64,000 nucleotides of DNA from Patescibacteria group bacterium (GCA_004297215.1 SCUM01000001.1:78282-142281), one strand, 5' to 3'. Positions 41,409 to 53,257 are shown, counted from the first letter of the stretch. Program-made: numbers and translations. The notes: a model not told the origin generated them from the sequence alone.

Positions 41409-43165
41409 CGAACCCCGCCCACGACCACGAGAACGAGATCACGTATTTCGCCCGTACCAACTTCCGCGGCCAGCTGCGGAAGTTCGGCGTGAAGACCGAC
41501 GACCGGCGCCGGCACGTGTACATCATCGGGAAGACGGGCATGGGCAAGACCACGCTCATGGAGAACATGGTGATCGGCGACATCTACGCCGGGCACGGCT
41601 GCTGCTACGTGGATCCGCACGGCGACACGGCCGAGCGGCTGCTCGATTACATCCCGAGCTGGCGCATCAACGACGTGGTGTACTTCAACCCGGCCGACAT
41701 GGATTACCCGGTGGGGTTCAACATCCTCGAATCGGTCGACCCCAAGAACAGGCACCTGGTGGCCTCCGGCATGATGGGGGTGTTCAAGAAGATCTGGGAG
41801 AACCTGTGGAGCGCGCGCATGGAGTACATCCTCAACAACTCCATCCTGGCGCTCTTGGACAACCCCGGCTCCACGCTCCTGGGCATCAACCGCATGCTCT
41901 CCGACGCCGACTACCGCAAGCGCATCGTGAGCAACGTGAAGGACCCGATCGTGAGCCAGTTCTGGCTCACGGAGTTCGCGAGCTACAACGAGAAGTACGC
42001 GCAGGAGGCCGTGGCCCCGATCCAAAACAAGATCGGGCAGTTCCTGTCCGCGAGCATCATCCGCAACATCGTCGCGCAGGTGAAGTCCACCATCAACATC
42101 CGGGAGATCATGGACGGGGGGAAGATCTTCATCGTGAACCTGTCCAAGGGCCGCATCGGCGAGGACAACTCGCGCCTCCTTGGGGGGCTGCTCATCACCA
42201 AGCTCCAGCTCGGGGCCATGGAACGCGTGGACATCCCGGAGACGGAGCGCAAGGACTTCTACCTGTACGTGGACGAGTTCCAGAACTTCGCCGTGGAGTC
42301 CTTCGCCAACATCCTCTCCGAGGCGCGCAAGTACCGCCTATGCCTCACCTTGGCGCACCAGTACATCGCCCAGCTCTCCGAGGAGGTGCGCGACGCCGTG
42401 TTCGGCAACGTCGGCACGCTCATCGCCTACCGCGTGGGCGCGCCCGACGCCGAGGAGCTCGAGAAGGAATTCGCGCCGCGGTTCGTGGTGGAGGACATCA
42501 TCAACCTTCCCAAGTACAACGTGTACCTGAAGCTCCTCATCGACGGGGTCACGAGCCAGCCGTTCTCCGCCATCACGCTCCCGCCCATCGCGCAGCGCAC
42601 CGGGAGCTCCGACCGCGTGATCAAGGTGAGCCGCGAACGCTACGCCACGGCGCGCGCGGAGATCGAGGAGAAGGTGCTCAAGTGGACCGGCATGGAGGAA
42701 GGGGTGGACGTGGAGAAGCTGCTTGCCGCGGCCGAGGAGAAGAAACAGGCGGCCAAGGGGTCGAGGAAGCCGGCGCACAAGTACAACTGTACCCGCTGCG
42801 GCAAGGAGTTCACGCTGCCGGTGGAGCTCGATCGCAGCCGCCCCATTTACGACGACGAGTGCATCGAGATCGTCCGGGCCGAGCGCAAGGGAGGGAAGCC
42901 GGCATCGAAGCCGCCAGTCGTGAGCCGTCCGCCGGGCGCCGCGGCGACGGTCGCGGCGAAACCGGTTCCGGCCAAGACGGTCCCTCAAAAGCCCGCGAAG
43001 CTCTCTGACGGCGTGATCGTGGAGAAGATCATTACCGATCCAGCCGTGTCCCTTGCCGCGCTCACGGCGGCCAAGGAAGAGCGCGCGGCGAAGGAGAAGA
43101 AGGAGTTCGGTGGGAAGCCGAGGATCGTGGCTTCGAAACCCGGCGACCTGCCGTCGTTCGACTGA
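41405..43165 (+). CDS. TraG/VirD4/TraD-like (type IV coupling protein family) P-loop ATPase with C-terminal zinc ribbon and A/K/P-rich tail
   Basis: Walker A IIGKTGMGKTT, DPHGD, Walker B FYLYVDEFQNF, TLAHQYIAQL. C-terminal NCTRCGKEF...DDECIE zinc ribbon. No TM domain of its own. Confidence 0.65.
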   Translation: MTNPAHDHENEITYFARTNFRGQLRKFGVKTDDRRRHVYIIGKTGMGKTTLMENMVIGDIYAGHGCCYVDPHGDTAERLLDYIPSWRINDVVYFNPADMDYPVGFNILESVDPKNRHLVASGMMGVFKKIWENLWSARMEYILNNSILALLDNPGSTLLGINRMLSDADYRKRIVSNVKDPIVSQFWLTEFASYNEKYAQEAVAPIQNKIGQFLSASIIRNIVAQVKSTINIREIMDGGKIFIVNLSKGRIGEDNSRLLGGLLITKLQLGAMERVDIPETERKDFYLYVDEFQNFAVESFANILSEARKYRLCLTLAHQYIAQLSEEVRDAVFGNVGTLIAYRVGAPDAEELEKEFAPRFVVEDIINLPKYNVYLKLLIDGVTSQPFSAITLPPIAQRTGSSDRVIKVSRERYATARAEIEEKVLKWTGMEEGVDVEKLLAAAEEKKQAAKGSRKPAHKYNCTRCGKEFTLPVELDRSRPIYDDECIEIVRAERKGGKPASKPPVVSRPPGAAATVAAKPVPAKTVPQKPAKLSDGVIVEKIITDPAVSLAALTAAKEERAAKEKKEFGGKPRIVASKPGDLPSFD

Positions 43166-43166
43166 T

Positions 43167-43817
43167 ATGCCCGAGCGGGTCTCGTTCACGACGCAGGACG
43201 GCGTGGAAATCGTCGGGGACTGGTATCCGGCTCCCGGGAAGCGGTTCGCGATCCTGCTCCACATCCGTCCGGCCACCAAGGAAAGCTGGAGGCGTTGGGC
43301 GGAAATCCTCCGGGAGCGCGGCGTGTCCGTGCTCGCCTACGACCAGCGCGGCCATGGGGAGAGCACGATGGGCGGCACGATCGATTTCGAGAAGATGACT
43401 GACGACGAGAGCCGCGGCAAGCGCCTCGACCTTGAGGCCGCGTTCGCCTGGCTTGAGGGAAAAGGGGCGACGGACGGGAACACGTTCCTGATGGGCGGAT
43501 CGATCGGGGCCAACCTCGCCATCCGGTTCCTGTCGGAACATCCCGGCGTCCCGACGGCGATCGCGTTGTCGCCCGGCCTCGACTACCGGGGCGTCACGAC
43601 CGGGGATGCGATCTCGAACCTGTCCGGCGTCCAGCAGGTCGTCCTCATCGCGAGCGATGACGACCAGCACGACAGTTTCGCGAGCTGCGCGAAGCTGCAT
43701 GAGCTCGCTCCCGAACGCACCACGTTCCTGCGCCAGACGGGCCTTGGACACGGGACGCACATGCTTGAAAAAGACCCGGCGCTGTTTGACGCGATCCTCG
43801 CACGCCTTTCCCTGTGA
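43167..43817 (+). CDS. Alpha/beta hydrolase (dienelactone-hydrolase-like)
   Basis: ILLHIRPATKESW...DQRGHGES...LMGGSIGANLA (GxSxG)...GLGHGTHM. Confidence 0.65.
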   Translation: MPERVSFTTQDGVEIVGDWYPAPGKRFAILLHIRPATKESWRRWAEILRERGVSVLAYDQRGHGESTMGGTIDFEKMTDDESRGKRLDLEAAFAWLEGKGATDGNTFLMGGSIGANLAIRFLSEHPGVPTAIALSPGLDYRGVTTGDAISNLSGVQQVVLIASDDDQHDSFASCAKLHELAPERTTFLRQTGLGHGTHMLEKDPALFDAILARLSL

Positions 43818-44599
43818 CCCTCCTGCAAGCCGCGGTCCTCGGCATCGTCCAAGGGCTTACCGAATTCCTGCCCGTCTCCAGCTCCGGCCACCTCATCCTG
43901 GTCCCGGCCTTGTTCGGTTGGGAGCCGCATCCGGTCGCGTTTGACGCGGCGATCCACCTGGGCACCTTCTTCGCGGTCGTATTCGCGTTGCGAGACGACG
44001 TGAAGCGGATCCTTCGGGGCCTGTTCGTGCCAGGCGACGCCTGGGGAGGGCTCGGTTGGATGGTGGTCGTCGCCACGCTGCCGGTGCTGCTCAGCGGCTT
44101 CCTCATCGGGGAGGTGTGGAAGCCCGACCTGCGCGACCCGCGCCTCATCGTGGGCACGCTCGCGTTTTGGGGCGTCGCGCTCTACCTCGTGGACCGGTTC
44201 GCGCCGTCCTCGGAAGGGAAGGCGGAGAAGGCCGGCTGGAGCAGGTCGCTGCTCATGGGCCTCGCGCAGGTCCTCGCCTTGCTCCCCGGCACTTCGCGCA
44301 GCGGGGTCACGATCACGGCCGGCCGCGCGCTCGGGCTCACGCGCGAAGCCGCGGCCCGCTTTTCGTTCCTGCTTTCCATCCCGGCCGTGGCCGCGGCGAG
44401 CGCGCTTTCGCTCGTGCAGGTCGGCACGGGCGCGGCCGAGGTCCCGGCCCTGCCGCTCGCCATGGGGATCATCGCCTCGGCCGTGTCGGGCGCGCTTGCC
44501 ATCCGCTGGCTCATCAGGCTCATGCGCACCGCCACCTACGCCCCGTTCGCGCTCTACCGCCTCGCGCTCGCCGCGCTCGCGGCCATCGTGCTGCTGTGA
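43814..44599 (+). CDS. uppP: Undecaprenyl-diphosphatase (BacA/UppP)
   Basis: GLTEFLPVSSSGHL...PGTSRSG. GTG start overlapping the upstream stop. Confidence 0.9.
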   Translation: MTLLQAAVLGIVQGLTEFLPVSSSGHLILVPALFGWEPHPVAFDAAIHLGTFFAVVFALRDDVKRILRGLFVPGDAWGGLGWMVVVATLPVLLSGFLIGEVWKPDLRDPRLIVGTLAFWGVALYLVDRFAPSSEGKAEKAGWSRSLLMGLAQVLALLPGTSRSGVTITAGRALGLTREAAARFSFLLSIPAVAAASALSLVQVGTGAAEVPALPLAMGIIASAVSGALAIRWLIRLMRTATYAPFALYRLALAALAAIVLL

Positions 44600-44644
44600 C
44601 GACCCCTTTGACAGCCTGTCCCGGTGGGATAGGGTAATGCCGAT

Positions 44645-46147
44645 ATGCAACGCCTCAAACGCCTTTTTCCGCTCCTCCTCGCGGCGTTCGTCCTCGTCGC
44701 GCTGTTTGCGCCCAAGGCCTGGCGCGCGATGACGCCCGGATACGACGCGAGCCGCCTCGTGACCCCGGCGCAGGCCGCGGCCCTGTTTGCCGCGGGCAAC
44801 ACGCTCACGGTGGAGCGCGGGAGCGCCACGGTGCGCCGCGCGGACGGCGCGAGCGAGACCGTGACGGACGAGGCGTTGATGGGCGTGGGCGACGCCGTGA
44901 CCGTGTCCGAGGACGGGTTCGCGACGCTGCGGTGGTTCGACGATTCCGTGAGCCGCCTTTCCGGCGGCGCCGAGCTTCGCATTTCCGCCGCGGATTACGA
45001 CCCGGAGGAGATCAGCGAGACGCATGTGGAGTTCGAGGTGGTGAAGGGGGCCGTGTGGTCCAAGGCCATGAACCTGGTGGACGCGGATTCCACCTTCGAG
45101 GGGCGAGCAGGCGACGTGGTGGCCGGGGTGCGCGGGACCGCGTTCAACCTGTCCGTCACGGACGGATCCGTGCTCGTGCAGCCGGTCGAGCATGCGCTCG
45201 CGCTGCGAGAGGACGGGGGGACCGAGCGCGTGGTGGTGGCCGGGGAGAGTGCGCGGTTCGCCCACGGGCGCGCCGGAGCGCTCGCGTCCATGCGCCTGAG
45301 CGCGACCGACCCCGCGGACGCGAAGTCGGATTGGTTCTTGAAGAACGAAGCGCTCGACGGCCAGGCGATCGCCGGCCTCGCAAGCGCCATGCGGGAGCGC
45401 CTGCGCCAGCGCGTGGGCGCGCTGCCGGGCGAATCGGACTGGGACAAGAAGGAGCGCGCGCTCGCCGAGGCGCTTTCCGCGAGCTCGGGCGCGGCGCGCG
45501 TGCGCGCGCAGGCCGCCATCGCCTCCATGCGCGTCTTTGAGTTCGCGCTGCGCGCTCGCGCCGGCACGGCCGTTGCCGCGGACGCGGAAGGCGTCCTCAC
45601 GGGCATCGAGGCGGCCGTCGCGCAGGTGAAGGGGAGCGACCTGCCCGAGCCGGAGAAGCGGTCGCTCATCGCCGCCATGGTCGCCGAGACCAAGGCCGCG
45701 GACCGCGCGCTCGCCGACGCGCTTCCCGAGGACGCGTCCGCGTACGCGGCTCGGCTCAAGGTACGCGAGATGGCGCGCGCGCTCGTCCTCGACCAGGAAG
45801 AGCGCGAACGCCTCATTGAGCTCTACCAGCGCCACAACCTGTTCGAGCTGGGCGACTCGCTCAAGCACGGCTGGACCGACGCGTGCGAATGCAAGGCCGA
45901 GATCGAGGAATACCGCCAGCGTTCGCTCACGGACAAGGGGTTCCGCCGCATGTTCGAGCTGTTCCTCGCCGACATCCGCGCCAAGTGCCCGGGTTCCGAC
46001 GCGGCCAAGATCCGCTTCGCGCCCGTCGCCTCGCCCAAGGCCGCGACGATCGCCCCGGCCGCCATCCCGGCCCCCGTCCAGGAACCCGCGCCGCCCAAGG
46101 ACCCGTACGCGCAGCCGTCCGCCGGATCGTCCGGCTATCCGTACTAG
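44645..46147 (+). CDS. FecR-domain protein with N-terminal signal anchor and long Ala-rich helical C-terminal region
   Basis: DAVTVSEDGFATLRWFDDSVSRLSGGAELRI...VVKGAVW...VRGTAFNLSV is a FecR-like fold. Immediately upstream of the CHASE2 cyclase. Confidence 0.6.
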   Translation: MQRLKRLFPLLLAAFVLVALFAPKAWRAMTPGYDASRLVTPAQAAALFAAGNTLTVERGSATVRRADGASETVTDEALMGVGDAVTVSEDGFATLRWFDDSVSRLSGGAELRISAADYDPEEISETHVEFEVVKGAVWSKAMNLVDADSTFEGRAGDVVAGVRGTAFNLSVTDGSVLVQPVEHALALREDGGTERVVVAGESARFAHGRAGALASMRLSATDPADAKSDWFLKNEALDGQAIAGLASAMRERLRQRVGALPGESDWDKKERALAEALSASSGAARVRAQAAIASMRVFEFALRARAGTAVAADAEGVLTGIEAAVAQVKGSDLPEPEKRSLIAAMVAETKAADRALADALPEDASAYAARLKVREMARALVLDQEERERLIELYQRHNLFELGDSLKHGWTDACECKAEIEEYRQRSLTDKGFRRMFELFLADIRAKCPGSDAAKIRFAPVASPKAATIAPAAIPAPVQEPAPPKDPYAQPSAGSSGYPY

Positions 46148-46148
46148 T

Positions 46149-48215
46149 GTGAACAGGCGCGCCCGGCAAAAGCTGGCGTTCTGGGGCGCGGCGTCGGTCG
46201 CGCTTTCGTCGTGCCTGTTTGCCGTCGCCTCCCTGGGCTGGTTCGAGGGGCTGCACCTCTCGCTGTCCAACTCGCTTTACCGGTCCGCACGGCCTTCCGC
46301 GCGCGAGGACATCGTGATCGTGGCCATCGACGACCGGTCGCTTGCGCGCCGGAGCGCGAGCGAGGACGGGACGCTGCGCTTTTCCAAATCCGATTACGCC
46401 AAGGCCATTGACACGCTCGCGCGCGCCGGGGCCGCCGCGATCGGCGTGGACGTGATCCTTTCCGAACCGGCCCCCGAGGCGGACGTCGCCGCGCTCGCGC
46501 GCACGCTTGCCTCGCATCCGCAGGCGGTGCTCGCGACGCGCCCGGCGTACGGAGGCACCCCGGCGCTTTCCCCGCTCCCCGAGCTCGCGCGCGCGGCACA
46601 GGGGCGCCTCGGCAGCGTGCTGTTTTCCGCGGACCGCGACAGCTTGCTGCGGCGCCAGGGCGTCGGGACCGCGGGAGAGATCCCGGCCTTTGCCGTGGCG
46701 GTCGTGAACGCGTTTTTGGGACAAGGGAGCGAGGCCAACCGCCGCGAGGAGGGCACGCTTACGGTGAGCGACGAAGCCGTGCGCGTGGGGAGCAAGCGCG
46801 TGGACGCGCTGCGCGTGCCGCTCGACGGTTCCGGGCGCTTCCTCATCCGCTATTTCGGGGCGCCCGGGAGTTACCGGCGCGTCTCCTTCGCCGACGTCCT
46901 CGACGGCAACCTCGTGGATCGCGACGGGAACAGTGTGGACCTCTCCGGCGCCGTGGCGCTGATCGGCGAGACCGGCACGGCCGTGCACGACGAGCAGCCC
47001 ACGCCGGTGTCCGAAGGGGTCCCCATGAGCGGGGTGGAGATCCACGCGAACGCGGTGCAGACCATCCTGTCCAACCGATCGCTCACGGAGCAGTCGCCCC
47101 TCAGCGCGATCGCGTTCGCCTCCCTCGCGCTTTCCGGCGCGCTCGCGGCGTTCCTCGCGCTCTCCCTCCCGCTTTCGACCCTTGCGTTCGCCTTCGCGCT
47201 CGCCGCCTACGCCGTGGCGACATGGGCCGCGTTCGAATACGGCCTGGTCCTGCACACGGCCTACCCGCCCCTCGCGCTCGCCCTCGCTTTCGCCGCGGCC
47301 TACGCGTTCCGCTACCTCACCGAGGCGCGCCTGGGCCGCGAGACCGCTTCCGCGTTTTCGCGTTACGTGAGCCCGCACGTGGTGGAGGAGCTCATGGAGC
47401 ACCCGGAACGCCTCCAGCTCGGCGGAGAGAAGCGGGAGATGACCGTGCTGTTCTCCGACATCGCCGGGTTCACCACCATCGCCGAGTCGCTGGACGCCGT
47501 CGACCTCGTGGCGCAGCTCAACGAGTACCTGGACGCCGTGAGCTCGGTGGTGCTCGCCCACGACGGCACGATCGACAAGTTCATCGGCGACGCGGTGATG
47601 GCGTTTTGGAACGCGCCGCTCCCGCAGGCCGATCACGCGATACGCGCCTGCCGCGCCGCGCTCGCCTACAAGGCGCGCCTCGGCGAGCTCAACGCGAAGC
47701 GCGCCCAACGCGGCCTCCCGCCGTTTCACGCCCGCATCGGGCTCAACCTCGGCCCCATGGTGGTGGGCAACGTGGGGTCGAGCCGCCGGTTCGACTACAC
47801 GGTGATCGGCGACGCCGTGAACCTCGCGTCGCGGCTCGAGAGCATCAATAAGGCGTACGGCACGGACCTGATCGTGTCCGAAGCCGTCCTGTCGGAAACC
47901 GCTGGTGCGTTCGAGGCGCGCGAGCTCGACCTCATCGCCGTGAAAGGGAAGGACAAGCCCGTGCGCATCTTCGAGCTGTTATGCGAGCGCGGCAAGGTTC
48001 CCGAGGAGGTCCGCAAGGCCGTCGTGTTCTTCGGCGAGGGGCTCTCGGCCTACCGATCGGCGCGCTGGGACGACGCGCAGCGGTTCTTTACCGAGGCCCT
48101 GCGCGTGCGCCCGGGCGACGGGCCGTCCACGGCGTTCCTCTCTCGTGTCACGGACCTGCGGGCGCAGGGGGTGAAGGACGGATGGGACGGGGTGTACCGG
48201 GCGAAGGAGAAATAG
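46149..48215 (+). CDS. CHASE2-sensor adenylate/guanylate cyclase (class III)
   Basis: CHASE2 region (IVIVAIDDRSLARR...), TM helices, then the cyclase catalytic domain (MTVLFSDIAGFT...DKFIGDAVMAFWNAP...IGLNLGPMVVGNVGS...YTVIGDAVNLASRLE). Proposed GTG start 2 nt after the FecR stop. Confidence 0.8.
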   Translation: MNRRARQKLAFWGAASVALSSCLFAVASLGWFEGLHLSLSNSLYRSARPSAREDIVIVAIDDRSLARRSASEDGTLRFSKSDYAKAIDTLARAGAAAIGVDVILSEPAPEADVAALARTLASHPQAVLATRPAYGGTPALSPLPELARAAQGRLGSVLFSADRDSLLRRQGVGTAGEIPAFAVAVVNAFLGQGSEANRREEGTLTVSDEAVRVGSKRVDALRVPLDGSGRFLIRYFGAPGSYRRVSFADVLDGNLVDRDGNSVDLSGAVALIGETGTAVHDEQPTPVSEGVPMSGVEIHANAVQTILSNRSLTEQSPLSAIAFASLALSGALAAFLALSLPLSTLAFAFALAAYAVATWAAFEYGLVLHTAYPPLALALAFAAAYAFRYLTEARLGRETASAFSRYVSPHVVEELMEHPERLQLGGEKREMTVLFSDIAGFTTIAESLDAVDLVAQLNEYLDAVSSVVLAHDGTIDKFIGDAVMAFWNAPLPQADHAIRACRAALAYKARLGELNAKRAQRGLPPFHARIGLNLGPMVVGNVGSSRRFDYTVIGDAVNLASRLESINKAYGTDLIVSEAVLSETAGAFEARELDLIAVKGKDKPVRIFELLCERGKVPEEVRKAVVFFGEGLSAYRSARWDDAQRFFTEALRVRPGDGPSTAFLSRVTDLRAQGVKDGWDGVYRAKEK

Positions 48216-48268
48216 GGTATCATCCCTTTGCACGACCGCGCGCTGGTGCCCGGTCAACGAGGTGTCCC

Positions 48269-48478
48269 GTGTCCGACGCTCACGATCCTTCCGCTCCCGA
48301 CGACAAGCCGCCTCCCAGGGCCCCGGCCATGAACGGCTGGAAACCTCCGCCCACGGAAACCGACCTGCTTGCCGAGAGGCTCAACATCCGATGGCTGGAT
48401 GCCGCGCGCATCACGCGCGTGCAGCGCGGCATGAGGACGTCCAACAAGGTGGTGAAGTTCGCCCAGCGCCGCGGCTGA
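48269..48478 (+). CDS. Possible small protein (about 69 aa)
   Basis: Frame with GC3 bias. RBS-like gaggtg before the GTG; an internal ATG at ~48329 is an alternative start. ...NIRWLDAARITRVQRGMRTSNKVVKFAQRRG. No family recognised. Confidence 0.25.
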   Translation: MSDAHDPSAPDDKPPPRAPAMNGWKPPPTETDLLAERLNIRWLDAARITRVQRGMRTSNKVVKFAQRRG

Positions 48479-48550
48479 CCGTCGTTTCACCCTCCCGTTC
48501 CGGCCTCCCTTGCGGGGGCCCTCTTTTTATCCTAAGATCCGTCGTTCCGT

Positions 48551-49627
48551 ATGCCCGGCCCAAAGCCCAAAGTCCTGCTCGGCATGTCCGGCGGCGTGGA
48601 TTCGTCCGTGGCCGCGGCTTTGCTGCTGGAGCAGGGATATGAGGTGATCGGGGCGTTCATGAGGAACTGGAGCGACTGCGCCTGGAGGGCGGACAGGCGC
48701 GACGCGAACCGCGTCGCGGCCCAGCTTGGCATCCCGTTCCTCACGCTCGACTTCGAAAAGGAGTATCGGGAAAAGGTCATCGACGAGATGTTCCGCGAGT
48801 TTGCCGCCGGTCGCACGCCGAACCCGGACGTGCTGTGCAACAGGCATGTGAAGTTCGACCTGTTCGCGCGCGAGGCCGATCGCCTCGGATGCGACTTCGT
48901 CGCGACCGGGCATTATGCGCGGGTCCAGCACGGCACAGACCCCACCCATGCCCTCTCCTTGGCAAGGGGAGGGGTAGCTCGCCTGATGCGTCCTGCGGAC
49001 ACCGAAAAGGATCAGACCTATTTCCTTTGGGCCATCGAACCGAAGGTGCTGCCGAGGGTGCTGTTCCCGCTTGCGGGGCTCACGAAGCCCGAGGTCCGGG
49101 CGAAGGCGAAGGCGCTTCAGCTGCCGGTCGCGGACAAACCGGATAGCGTTGGGATCTGTTTTGTGGGGGAAGTGGACATGAAACAATTCCTTGCTCAACG
49201 CATCCCGCATGTCCGTGGAAGGATCGTCACGACCGACGGGCGGGACGTCGGCACGCACGACGGGTTGCCGTTCTACACGATCGGCCAGCGCGAAGGGTTG
49301 GGCGTTTCGGCGAGCGAGCCGTATTACGTGGTCGAGAAGCGGATGGCCACGAACGAGCTCGTCGTCGGCAGCGCCTTCGACCCGGGGTTGTTCAAGAAAA
49401 CCGTGTCCGCGAATCAGGCGAACTGGTTCCGTCGCCCGCAGGCAGGGGACCGGGTAGGCGCGCGCATCCGGCACCGCGGGCCGATCGCGCCGTGCACGGT
49501 GGACGCGGTCGGCGACGCGACCGTATCCATCACGTTCGACGAGCCGCAGCGGGCCGTCACTCCGGGGCAATCCATCGTCTTTTACGACGGCGACGAGGTG
49601 CTCGGGGGAGGCGTTTTGTCATCCTGA
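48551..49627 (+). CDS. mnmA: tRNA-specific 2-thiouridylase MnmA
   Basis: PP-loop MSGGVDSSVAAALL...GHYARV. The stop codon lies inside the terminal inverted repeat of repeat copy B. Confidence 0.9.
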   Translation: MPGPKPKVLLGMSGGVDSSVAAALLLEQGYEVIGAFMRNWSDCAWRADRRDANRVAAQLGIPFLTLDFEKEYREKVIDEMFREFAAGRTPNPDVLCNRHVKFDLFAREADRLGCDFVATGHYARVQHGTDPTHALSLARGGVARLMRPADTEKDQTYFLWAIEPKVLPRVLFPLAGLTKPEVRAKAKALQLPVADKPDSVGICFVGEVDMKQFLAQRIPHVRGRIVTTDGRDVGTHDGLPFYTIGQREGLGVSASEPYYVVEKRMATNELVVGSAFDPGLFKKTVSANQANWFRRPQAGDRVGARIRHRGPIAPCTVDAVGDATVSITFDEPQRAVTPGQSIVFYDGDEVLGGGVLSS

Positions 49628-49751
49628 ACGAAGGCCTTCAGGCCGCAGTGAAGGAACCTCGTCTGGAGTCCATCAGACGTTTGTCCTGGGATGATCGTCT
49701 GGAGGTATCCCAACGAGGATCCTTCGTCAGCCGTTCAGTCTCAGGATGACA
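49617..49751. repeat. About 135-nt MITE/REP-like element, copy B (TIR TTGTCATCCTGA...TCAGGATGACAA)
   Basis: About 80% identity to copy A (4848-4983). Sits exactly between convergent mnmA and a FecR-like gene, and both genes end in ...LSS* encoded by TTGTCATCCTGA. Confidence 0.7.
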
Positions 49752-50391
49752 ATAAATGGAAGAATTTGGCGTAAAACGCGGCGCCGGCGCTCGTGTTCGC
49801 GTCGAACGCGAATCCCTCCACGGACAGGCCCGGTCGCTCCGTGACGCGTTGCGCCCCGACGGCGACGATGGCGCTGTCGTCAACGAACAGGATCGGGAGC
49901 GGCGCGTCGAAGGGAATGATTTCCACCACATGGCGGAAACTATAGTTGATGACCGACATGGAGGCGCCGCTTGGAAGCTGCGTGTCGGTCGCCTCGGTGG
50001 TGACGGAGAGGATGGGCGAGGAGGGGTCGGACGCGGCCGCGAGGCGGCCTTGCACGAGTCGGACGACCGGGTGCGACGCAGAGAGGTCGGCCATGAGCAG
50101 GTCCGTGCGCTCGTCGAGCCCCAGCCGCACCCCCGCGACCGACAGCTCCGCGTAGCCGCCGGCTCCGATGAGGACGATCTCGCCGCGCCGCAGGCGCTCC
50201 CCGACGGTCGCCGGGCGCGTCTTGCCCGCCGCGTCCACGACCACCTCGCCGTCCGCGACGAGGACGACCGCTTCCACGGCAGGTCCACGGTCCGCTCCCG
50301 CCCACGGGGAGCCGAATCTCTGGCCGACAAGCAGGGTCGCCACCAGGATCGCGAACAGCAGTGGAGGGAGATGCCGCTTCATGCCTGGCAT
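49741..50391 (-). CDS. Secreted FecR-like domain protein
   Basis: Signal peptide MKRHLPPLLFAILVATLLVG. VLVADGEVVVDAAGKTRPATVGERLRRGEIVLIGAGGYAELSVAGVRLGLDERTDL. Paralogous flavour to 44645. Start alternative at 50382. Confidence 0.55.
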   Translation of the reverse strand: MPGMKRHLPPLLFAILVATLLVGQRFGSPWAGADRGPAVEAVVLVADGEVVVDAAGKTRPATVGERLRRGEIVLIGAGGYAELSVAGVRLGLDERTDLLMADLSASHPVVRLVQGRLAAASDPSSPILSVTTEATDTQLPSGASMSVINYSFRHVVEIIPFDAPLPILFVDDSAIVAVGAQRVTERPGLSVEGFAFDANTSAGAAFYAKFFHLLSS

Positions 50392-50401
50392 GGTAGCATG
50401 G

Positions 50402-50685
50402 ATGCATAATCCGCCTGATCCCGATATGGCCCTTCTCGAGTTTTACGGCAAGGAATGCCCCCACTGCGTCACCATGATGCCCCTTGTGGATAAGCTGATT
50501 TCCGAGGGGTTCGACATCAAGAAGCACGAGACCTGGCACGATGAGGCCAATGCCGAGAAGCTGAAGGAATACGACCGGGGCCTGTGCGGCGGGGTGCCGT
50601 TTTTCTTCAATACCGCGTCCAAGCAGCATATCTGCGGGGAGGCGGACGAAAAGACGCTTCGGAAATGGGCTGAAGGGAAAAAAGT

Positions 50686-50689
<4 letters not shown>
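50402..50689 (+). CDS. Thioredoxin/glutaredoxin-like small protein
   Basis: CPHC active site (EFYGKECPHCVTMMPL) and cis-Pro region (GVPFFF). About 95 aa. Start 50402 or 50426. Confidence 0.6.
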
Positions 50690-52918
<2,229 letters not shown>

Positions 52919-52951
52919 GGCCTTATCGCCTAAGGCCTTCAACGCCTCCCT

Positions 52952-53257
52952 ATGCCCATCACCCCCGAAGAAATCCGGCACCTGGCGCATCTCTCGCGGC
53001 TCAAGCTCGACGAGGAGGACGTTGCGGCGTATGCGAAGGACCTCGACGCCATCGTCGGGTACGTGGACAAGCTGCAGGATCTCGACACGAAGGACGTGCC
53101 GGAAATGGAGCATGTCGAGGATCTCGTAAACGTCTGGCGCGAAGATGTCGTCGGCGGATGCGATCCGGACGCGCGTACGCGCATGATCGCGGCGTTCCCG
53201 CGGCACAGCGGCGACCTGCTCGAGGTGGATGCCGTGTTCGCGGACAAGACGGACTGA
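52952..53257 (+). CDS. gatC: Glutamyl/aspartyl-tRNA amidotransferase subunit C
   Basis: MPITPEEIRHLAHLSRLKLDEEDVAAYAKDLDAIVGYVDKL. Confidence 0.85.
   Translation: MPITPEEIRHLAHLSRLKLDEEDVAAYAKDLDAIVGYVDKLQDLDTKDVPEMEHVEDLVNVWREDVVGGCDPDARTRMIAAFPRHSGDLLEVDAVFADKTD

Noticed and set aside
43583-46270. 895-aa minus-strand ORF spanning uppP and the FecR gene
   Set aside because: Low-complexity R/G/E-rich product antisense to well-supported plus-strand genes (uppP signature, FecR domain).
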